A stretch of 64,000 bases of DNA from a bacterium. GTDB lineage: Bacteria > Chloroflexota > Dormibacteria > Dormibacterales > Dormibacteraceae. Below, piece by piece: positions 56,168 to 64,000 of this stretch (position 1 is its first letter; every line of letters begins with the position of its first letter). The position numbers and the translations under genes were made by a program. The notes under the pieces are model-generated. The model worked only from the letters and a program-made list of their open reading frames with translations, was not told the origin of the DNA and ran no database searches. Location of the stretch: the NCBI GenBank assembly GCA_004299235.1, contig SCQL01000026.1:26240-90239 (forward strand), written 5' to 3'.

Positions 56168-57387
<1,220 letters not shown>

Positions 57388-57388
<1 letters not shown>

Positions 57389-58182
57389 TACCTGGTCTTG
57401 GCGCGTTTGGCGAGAAAGGCCTGCACGCCCTCGGCGAACTCGGGGCTGGCGGCCTGAGCTTCCTGCAGGTACGACTCGAACTCGAGCGCCTCCTCGTAGC
57501 TCGACTCCAGAGCGTGGTTGACCGCGCGCTTGGCCGCCGCCATGGCCTGCTTGGGCTGTGAGGCGAGATGTCCGGCGAGCTCACGCACCTCGGCGTCGAG
57601 ACGGTCGGCGGGCACCAGGCGGTTGATGACCCCAAGCCGGTGCGCGTCCGCCGCCGCCAGCGGCCTGCCCGTGAAGAGCATCTCGTACGCCACCCCGGTG
57701 CCGGCGAGCCGGGGCAAAAGCCAGCTGACGCCGCCGTCGGGAGCCAGGCCGAGGTTGACGAACGCTTCCATGATGTAGGCCTCCGGTACGGCGATGCGAA
57801 TGTCGCACGCGAGCGCGTAGCTGGCGCCGATGCCGACAGCCGGTCCGTTCATCGCGCAGATGACAGGTTTCGGCATGGTGCGCAGCCGGTTCAGCATCGG
57901 CATGTACTCGTCGCGGAGGACGTTGCCGACGTCCTCCGGCGATCTCATGCCACCCTCACCGACCATCTCGGTGACGTCTGCGCCCGAGCAGAAGGCGCGG
58001 CCGGAGCCGGTCAGCACGACCACCCGGACGGCCTCGTCGCGCTCCGCCTGCTTGATCGCCTCGCCGAGCTGCCGCCGCGTCAGCGCCCCGATGGCGTTCA
58101 TCTTCTCGGGCCGATCGAGCCGGATCCAGCCCGCGCCGCCCTCGACCTCAACCTTCACGTGCTGCTCGACTTCAGTCGCCAT
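57388..58182 (-). CDS. enoyl-CoA hydratase/isomerase
   Basis: FCSGADV ... NGPAVGIGASYALACD crotonase motifs. Confidence 0.9.
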
Positions 58183-58233
58183 CCCTCACCGTCCTCAACA
58201 ATCAGCCTCGACGCCGCGGGGACCCATTGGCCC

Positions 58234-59007
58234 TCATCTGCCTCTGAAGCTTGGGCGTCTCTTTTCCAGGAAGGCGTGCATGCCTTCTTTCTGGTCCTCG
58301 GTCGAGAAAAGGAAATAGAAGCTCTTGCGCTCCGCCGCCAACCCCTCCGAGAGCGGGGCCTCAAACGCTTTGAGCACCGCTTCCTTGGCCATGCGGAGCG
58401 CAAGGGGAGCCTTGGACGCCAGCTGCCGTGCCGTGCGCCTGGCGACCTCGACCGTCATCTCGGCCGGCACGACCTTGTTGACCAGGCCGAGCTCGTACGC
58501 GCGCTGCGCGCTCACCGGCGCACCGGAGAGCATGACCTCCATGGCCGCGTACTTGCCCGCCGTCCGCGGCCATCGCTGCGTGCCCCCCGCGCCGGGGATG
58601 ATGCCGAGATTGATCTCGGGCTGGCCGAGCCGCGCCCCGTCGCCGGCGATGATCAGGTCGCACATCAGCGCCAGCTCGCAGCCACCACCCAGGGCGTAGC
58701 CGTTCACCGCCGCGACGAGCGGCTTGCCGAACGCGGCGACGCCCGCCCAGCGGCCGGTCTGGTCGCGCCGCATCTGGTCGACGGCGGTGCGGTCGGCCAT
58801 GTCGGCGATGTCCGCGCCAGCGGCGAACACGCGAGGGCCGCCGGTCAGCACGACCGCATGCACGTTTTCGTCGGCATCAAGCTCGCCCAGAGCCGCGTTG
58901 AGCTCTCGAATCAGGTCGGGGCTGAGGGCGTTCAGGACCTTCGGCCGGTTGAGGGTGACGGTCGCGATCGGGGCCTCGATATCAACCAGGATGTGCTCGT
59001 ACCCCAT
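58234..59007 (-). CDS. enoyl-CoA hydratase (short-chain type)
   Basis: FAAGADI...VNGYALGGGCELALMCD...GAGGTQR. Start moved to ATG 59007. Confidence 0.9.
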   Translation of the reverse strand: MGYEHILVDIEAPIATVTLNRPKVLNALSPDLIRELNAALGELDADENVHAVVLTGGPRVFAAGADIADMADRTAVDQMRRDQTGRWAGVAAFGKPLVAAVNGYALGGGCELALMCDLIIAGDGARLGQPEINLGIIPGAGGTQRWPRTAGKYAAMEVMLSGAPVSAQRAYELGLVNKVVPAEMTVEVARRTARQLASKAPLALRMAKEAVLKAFEAPLSEGLAAERKSFYFLFSTEDQKEGMHAFLEKRRPSFRGR

Positions 59008-59013
59008 GACGGC

Positions 59014-59026
59014 TATCATCGGCCAT
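59014..59026 (+). promoter_or_regulatory. candidate -10 element for a leaderless moaA transcript
   Basis: TATCAT (59014-59019), then 7 nt, then ATG 59027. No SD and a weak -35. Confidence 0.3.
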
Positions 59027-60025
59027 ATGAGCTCCGCGAGGCTGACGGACTCGTACGGGCGGGTGGCCGACGACCTGAGGATCTCGATCACCGACCGCTG
59101 CAACTTCCGCTGCATCTACTGCATGCCGGCGGAGGGGCTGAAGTGGCTCAACCGCGAGGACATCCTGCGCTTCGAAGAGATCGCCCGGCTCGCACGCATC
59201 TTCGTCGAGAACTACGGCGTCCGGACCATCCGGATCACCGGCGGTGAGCCCCTGGTACGCGTGAAGGTCGAGGAGCTGGTCGGGATGATCAACGCCATCG
59301 ACCCGACGCTCGACATCACCATGACCACCAACGGCGTGCTGCTGCGTCAGAAGGCGCTGGCGCTCAAGGAAGCCGGCCTCAAGCGCATCAACATCTCGCT
59401 CGACACGCTGCACATGGACCGCTTCCACGACATCGCGCGAAGCGACGCGTTCGGGCGGGTGATGGACGGCATCCAGGCTTCCCGAGAGGCGGGCCTGTGG
59501 CCGATCAAGCTGAACATGGTGGTCATGAAAGGCCACAACGACGACGAGGTCGTCGACTTTGCCCGTCTCGCCCGCGACGAGGGTTACGAGGTCCGGTTCA
59601 TCGAATTCATGCCGCTGGACGGCGACGGCATCTGGACCAACGAGCAGGTGGTCCCCAGCCGGCGCATCCAGGAGCAGATCGAAGACCTGTTTCCGCTGCT
59701 GCCGGTCGCCGATCCGAGGCCTGGACCGGCCACCCGCTTCCGTTTCGCCGACGGCGCGCCGGGCGGGGTCGGCTTCATCTCATCGGTGAGCCAGGCGTTC
59801 TGCACCACCTGCAACCGCATCCGCCTGACCGCCGAGGGCGGCCTGCGCACGTGCCTGTTCTCTCTGCAGGAGACGCCGCTGCGCGACCTCATGCGGTCGG
59901 GCGTCTCGGACGAGCACCTCCGTGGCGTGATCGAGACCGCCGTCTGGCGCAAGGAGGAGGGCCACCTCATCAACCAGCCCGGCTTCATCAAGCCCGCAAA
60001 GTCGATGTCCCAGATCGGGGGTTAG
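59027..60025 (+). CDS. moaA: GTP 3',8-cyclase (radical SAM, Moco biosynthesis)
   Basis: LRISITDRCNFRCIYCMP ... C-terminal CTTCNRIRLTAEGGLRTCLF. Alternative ATG 59006. Confidence 0.95.
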   Translation: MSSARLTDSYGRVADDLRISITDRCNFRCIYCMPAEGLKWLNREDILRFEEIARLARIFVENYGVRTIRITGGEPLVRVKVEELVGMINAIDPTLDITMTTNGVLLRQKALALKEAGLKRINISLDTLHMDRFHDIARSDAFGRVMDGIQASREAGLWPIKLNMVVMKGHNDDEVVDFARLARDEGYEVRFIEFMPLDGDGIWTNEQVVPSRRIQEQIEDLFPLLPVADPRPGPATRFRFADGAPGGVGFISSVSQAFCTTCNRIRLTAEGGLRTCLFSLQETPLRDLMRSGVSDEHLRGVIETAVWRKEEGHLINQPGFIKPAKSMSQIGG

Positions 60026-60030
60026 ACCCG

Positions 60031-61380
60031 CTGCTGCGGCCAGTCGAAGCTCAACGCCCCTACACCGTCACCGAGCTCGCCAACGAGATCCGGCGCGAGC
60101 TTCGCCCGCTCACCGCCATGCTGGTGAAGGGCGAGGTCAGCGGTATGAAGCGCGGCGGGGCCGGTCACTTCAACTTCTCCATCCAGGACGGCGTCAGCCG
60201 GCTCGACGCCGTCCTGTTCGCCGATGACGCGCGGCGGGTCACGACCCTGCCCGAAGACGGCCAGGTGTTCGTCTTCCGCGGCCGCGTCGATTTCTTCGGC
60301 AAGACCGGACGGCTCAGCTTCATCGTCGACCGGGTCGAGTTCGACGACGTCGGCAAGCTCCGCGCGCGGCTCGAGGAGCTGAAGCGCCGGCTCGAGGCCG
60401 AGGGCGCGTTCGCCCCGACGCGCAAGCGCCGCCTGCCCTTCCTTCCCCAAGCGGTCGCACTGGTCACCTCGCCCACCGGGGCCGTCATCCACGACCTCCA
60501 GGAAACGATCTTGGAGCGCTATCCGAACATGAGCATCGTCGTCTACCCGGTCCAGGTGCAGGGAGCGAGCGCGCCGGCCAGCGTCGCGCGAGCCCTACGG
60601 CGGTGCAACCAGGAGGCGCTGGCGGACGTTATCGTGGTGGCCCGTGGTGGCGGCAGCTTTGAGGAGATGTACGCGTTCAACACCGAGGTGGTGGCGCGCG
60701 CGATCCTCGAATCGAGGCTGCCGGTGGTCACCGCCCTCGGCCACACGTCCGACCGCACCGTCGCCGACCTCGTCGGTGATGCGGAGTGCCGGACGCCGAC
60801 CGAAGCCGGCGCGCGCGTCGTGCCCAAGAAGTCGGACCTACTCACCCAGCTCCGCGAGCGGGGGCGCCGGCTGGACCGCGAGATCGGTCAGCGCGTCGCC
60901 CGGGAGGCGGAGCGCTTGGCCGTCAAAAAGCAGCGCATGGGGCAGCTCCTGCCCGCGCTCGTGCGCCAGCGGGTGGAGCGGCTGGCGAGGGCGGCCTCGG
61001 AGCTGGCTCGCTTGAGCCCGCTGGCGCAGGTCGCGCGGCGTGAGGACGCGATGCGAGAGCGTGGACGGCGACTGCACAGCGCCGCCCTGGCGCGGTTGAC
61101 GCGAAGTCGCAACGCGCTTGCGGCCCGCCGCGCCGGCGACCGCCTCGACCGGGCGCTTGCCGAGCGCTTCGCCATCGCCGGTCGCGGGCTGGAGCACCGC
61201 CGGCAGCAACTGGTCGCCCTGAGCCCTGATGCGGTCCTCTCGCGCGGGTACAGCATCACCCAGGACGCCGAGTCTGGCGCGGTGCTGCGCTCCGCCGCCG
61301 GGACCGCAGTCGAGCGCAGGCTCCGCATCCGGCTGGGCGCCGGGCGGCTGGGCGCGCGCGTCGACGAGGTCGAGCCGTGA
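60031..61380 (+). CDS. xseA: exodeoxyribonuclease VII large subunit
   Basis: YTVTELANEIRRELRPLTAMLVKGEVSG OB-fold N-terminus; VTSPTGAVIHD; ARGGGS. CTG 60031 is inferred because no ATG/GTG/TTG lies after the moaA stop. Confidence 0.85.
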   Translation: MLRPVEAQRPYTVTELANEIRRELRPLTAMLVKGEVSGMKRGGAGHFNFSIQDGVSRLDAVLFADDARRVTTLPEDGQVFVFRGRVDFFGKTGRLSFIVDRVEFDDVGKLRARLEELKRRLEAEGAFAPTRKRRLPFLPQAVALVTSPTGAVIHDLQETILERYPNMSIVVYPVQVQGASAPASVARALRRCNQEALADVIVVARGGGSFEEMYAFNTEVVARAILESRLPVVTALGHTSDRTVADLVGDAECRTPTEAGARVVPKKSDLLTQLRERGRRLDREIGQRVAREAERLAVKKQRMGQLLPALVRQRVERLARAASELARLSPLAQVARREDAMRERGRRLHSAALARLTRSRNALAARRAGDRLDRALAERFAIAGRGLEHRRQQLVALSPDAVLSRGYSITQDAESGAVLRSAAGTAVERRLRIRLGAGRLGARVDEVEP

Positions 61381-61580
61381 GCCAGGACCTGAGCTACGAG
61401 CAAGCGCTCGAGAAGCTGGACGAGAAGCTGAAGCTGCTCGAGGACGGAGACCTTTCGCTCGAGGACGCGCTCCAAGCCGTCGACGAAGCTCGGGTCTACC
61501 TGAAGGTATGCACCGAGCGCCTCGACGCGGCTCGCCGCAAGATCGAGATCCGAGCCGAGCCCGAACCGTTCGCCGGCTGA
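61377..61580 (+). CDS. xseB: exodeoxyribonuclease VII small subunit
   Basis: SYEQALEKLDEKLKLLEDGDLSLEDAL. GTGA overlap with xseA. Confidence 0.9.
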   Translation: MSQDLSYEQALEKLDEKLKLLEDGDLSLEDALQAVDEARVYLKVCTERLDAARRKIEIRAEPEPFAG

Positions 61581-64000
61581 TCAGTCGGCCGCGGTGGGTG
61601 CGGCCCCTGGCTGCGCCGGCTTCGCCAGCTCCAGCTGGTCGTTCATGACGCGCAGGCGGTGGCTCAGGTTCTTGACGAACTCCAGCAGCACCTCCGGGTG
61701 TTCGTGGACGATGGCGTGCATTCGATCTCGGCGCAGCACCCGCACGGTGCTGTCCTGGCTCGCCTCGGCGCTGGCAGAGCGCGGCTGATCGTCGAACACT
61801 GACATTTCGCCCACCACGGTGCTCGGTCCGTGGCGCGCGACGGTGACCTCGCGCCCGTCGTGGTCGAGATGAATTCGAATTTCGCCCTCGAGGACGACGT
61901 ACAGCTCGGCGCCGACGTCGCCCTTCCGAAAGATCGACTCGCCTCGTGCGTAGTGGCGGGTCACCATGAGGCGGTCGATGCTCGCGAGCTGCTCCAGGCT
62001 GAGGGTGCTGAAGAGCGGCACGCGTTTGAGGGCGATCAGCTCTTTCATGTGCACGCCGAGCCCTTGGGCAACCGCTTCGGCGGTCTCCCGGACCCACTTG
62101 TCGGGATGGTTCGCAAGCGCTTTGAGCTCGGCATGTGTCAGCGGACGAGCCGACCCTCCCTCGAACGACCCGGGGTCCAGCAGCTGCGCCAGCCGCCCGG
62201 CGAGCCAGCCCGGGCCGAAGTTTATCAGCGTTTCCAGCGCCTCTATCCGGGCTCTGGACTCCTCGGATCGAAGGCCGCGTTCGACCGTGGCGAAGCCTCT
62301 TTTACCCTGCAGCGCCCTCATCGCCGCAAGCCCGGACTCGGCCGCGTTGTGGACGTAATCGTCGAGCCCGATGCGCAGCAGCGTGTAGCCGGCGACCACG
62401 TCACCCTCGTCCTTGGGCGCGCCCGCCGCCACCCGCGCCGCCAGCCGCGCCATGTGGAGCGCATCCGCCAGGTGCGACTCAAGATGGACCCGCGCCTGCC
62501 GAAAGAGGTCTGGGCGCCCGCTGCGTAGCAGGGCCTCGACGGTGGCCGCCGCGGTCTCGTCTCGCGACCTCAGCAGCGGCAGCGTGAGCACCAGAGCGTC
62601 GGGCGATTGAGCCGCCATCGCCTCCGCCGCCAGGCGTCGGGCGTCGCGGTCCCGACTGGCCAGCGCCTCAGCCAGGGCTTCGGCGAAAGCCTGGCGCTGG
62701 CCGCCCGGCGGCGTCCAGCGGACGGCCTGTCGAAGCGCCTCTCGCCGCACCTCGACGTCGCCATCCCGGAGGCAGGCGATCACGCCAGCGGACACGTTGG
62801 CGACCTGTGCCTTCATCTTGGCGAAGCTGCGGATCGCCTCCAAACGCACTCGCGGCTCAGCATCCCGCATGGCCTCCGCCACCATCTCCTGGGCGCCGAC
62901 AAAAGCCGCCGCCCAGACGGCCGCGGCGCGATCGGTCGATGCATGGGAGCGCCAGAGCTCGCCCATGACCTCATCCGACCGCGACCACCGCTCCTTTCGG
63001 GTGGCCCCCGCGACGGCGGCAGCCGCCCGGACCCAACCGTCGGGGTCGCGCCCGGCCGCATCGAGCTGCTCCACGGCGATGCTGTCCGGAGGCGCCAGCT
63101 GCAAGGCCAGCCGGCGCACGACCGGGTCGGCCGCCGCCAGCAGCTCGGGCAGCATGGCCGTGAAGACGTCGGGCGAGAGCTTGCCCAGCGCGGCCGCCGC
63201 AAACTGTCGCGCCTTGTCGTCGGTGCCGCGAATGAAGCCCTGGAGCTCGGCGACCTGCTCCGGGCTGGGGCGGCCGACCGCCTGCTGGAAATCGCCAAGG
63301 CTCAGGGCGTGAGTGCGCAGCCGCTCATAGATCGCGTGCACGTACAGGCCCCGTACCCGCAGCGCCGCCAGGATGAACAGCACGCCGGCGGCGATGCCGA
63401 TGACCGCCAGCACCTCGACGCCGGCCGCGCCCGACCTCTGGACCAGAAGCAAACCCGCGCCGCTGAGCACGGCGGCGCCCGGCAGCACCGCGTTTTCGAG
63501 CAGCAACTTGAGCTTCGGGCTCACCTGCGCCGGCAGGGCGGTGCCGAGCACGCTTTCGGCCGGGTCGTCCAGTCCGGTCTGGAGCCCGTTGCGGACGATG
63601 AACAGGAAGAGCGAGGTGGCCAGCACAGGGCTGAGGGCCACCGCCGTGAATCCGACAAGGGTGAATACAGGCAGGGCCATGATGGCGTTCTTCACGCCCA
63701 GCTGGTTGAGGACCCACGGGGTGACGAACAGGCTCACCGCCAGCTGGACGGCATAGCTCACCAGCCAGGCGTTGCCGATGAGGATCGTCAGCGACTGCAG
63801 GTTGCCGTGCGTCGCGGCGACGAAGAGCACGGCGACCAGGTAGTCGCCGACCCGGCTCGCGACCTGCAGGACCAGGGCGAGCAGGACCAGGGCGAGCACG
63901 AGCCTGCTCCCGGTCACATAGCGGACCGCACCCTTGAGGATGGCGAGGACGCCGTGCTTCTTGAGGGCAGCCTCGTGGTCGGCCAGGAACTCGTCGGCGT
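61581..64000 (-). CDS. multidomain protein: polytopic transporter-like N-domain (TLC/MFS-like) + HEAT repeats + C-terminal cyclic-nucleotide-binding domain; N-terminus outside window
   Basis: TM-rich N-part; central repeated ...D..VR..A... HEAT-like helices; C-terminus LKRVPLFSTLSLEQL...FRKGDVGAELYVVLEGEIRI...VGEMSVFDDQPRSASAEA (cNMP-binding). The frame stays open upstream of the track start to position 64000. Confidence 0.8.
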   Translation of the reverse strand, partial: ADEFLADHEAALKKHGVLAILKGAVRYVTGSRLVLALVLLALVLQVASRVGDYLVAVLFVAATHGNLQSLTILIGNAWLVSYAVQLAVSLFVTPWVLNQLGVKNAIMALPVFTLVGFTAVALSPVLATSLFLFIVRNGLQTGLDDPAESVLGTALPAQVSPKLKLLLENAVLPGAAVLSGAGLLLVQRSGAAGVEVLAVIGIAAGVLFILAALRVRGLYVHAIYERLRTHALSLGDFQQAVGRPSPEQVAELQGFIRGTDDKARQFAAAALGKLSPDVFTAMLPELLAAADPVVRRLALQLAPPDSIAVEQLDAAGRDPDGWVRAAAAVAGATRKERWSRSDEVMGELWRSHASTDRAAAVWAAAFVGAQEMVAEAMRDAEPRVRLEAIRSFAKMKAQVANVSAGVIACLRDGDVEVRREALRQAVRWTPPGGQRQAFAEALAEALASRDRDARRLAAEAMAAQSPDALVLTLPLLRSRDETAAATVEALLRSGRPDLFRQARVHLESHLADALHMARLAARVAAGAPKDEGDVVAGYTLLRIGLDDYVHNAAESGLAAMRALQGKRGFATVERGLRSEESRARIEALETLINFGPGWLAGRLAQLLDPGSFEGGSARPLTHAELKALANHPDKWVRETAEAVAQGLGVHMKELIALKRVPLFSTLSLEQLASIDRLMVTRHYARGESIFRKGDVGAELYVVLEGEIRIHLDHDGREVTVARHGPSTVVGEMSVFDDQPRSASAEASQDSTVRVLRRDRMHAIVHEHPEVLLEFVKNLSHRLRVMNDQLELAKPAQPGAAPTAAD

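Overview
Very GC-rich, gene-dense chromosomal core segment with third codon positions almost all G/C. I call about 63 protein genes. I found no rRNA, tRNA, CRISPR array, transposase, integrase or phage genes. Because of the GC content, the six-frame track is full of long Arg/Pro/Gly/Ala-rich shadow ORFs, so real genes were chosen by recognisable protein families and several starts were re-placed by hand. Content: (1) a glycolysis/housekeeping block on the minus strand: whiA, gap, pgk, tpiA, gpmA, sodA, secG and a family-5 solute-binding lipoprotein. (2) All three NER genes (uvrC, uvrA, uvrB) plus polA-mutM and xseAB. (3) Moco genes moeA and moaA. (4) An HcrCAB-like molybdenum hydroxylase operon followed by two tiny Flp-type pilin genes. 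(5) CoA-transferase, thiolase, three enoyl-CoA hydratases and an aldehyde dehydrogenase. (6) A menaquinone-type module: TetR, a small unknown protein, a YjbQ::polyprenyl-synthase fusion and convergent ubiE/menG. (7) Two APC permeases, a KdpDE-like two-component pair, a fused MacB-type ABC exporter, and a partial transporter-HEAT-cNMP giant at the right edge. Gene order (uvrC-rapZ-like ... whiA-gap-pgk-tpiA ... secG; polA ... uvrB ... uvrA) resembles Actinomycetota. I see no classical defence or mobile system. The most unusual items are: the orphan cysteine/histidine-tailed Flp pilin pair attached to the Hcr-like operon; the YjbQ-polyprenyl synthase fusion with a possible small partner; a leader-peptide/anti-SD switch in front of rsgA; a RapZ homologue with a dead P-loop; and repeated evidence for non-canonical (CTG, ATT) start codons used in stop-start coupled junctions. 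All coordinates of non-ORF-track features were derived by hand and may be off by a base or two.
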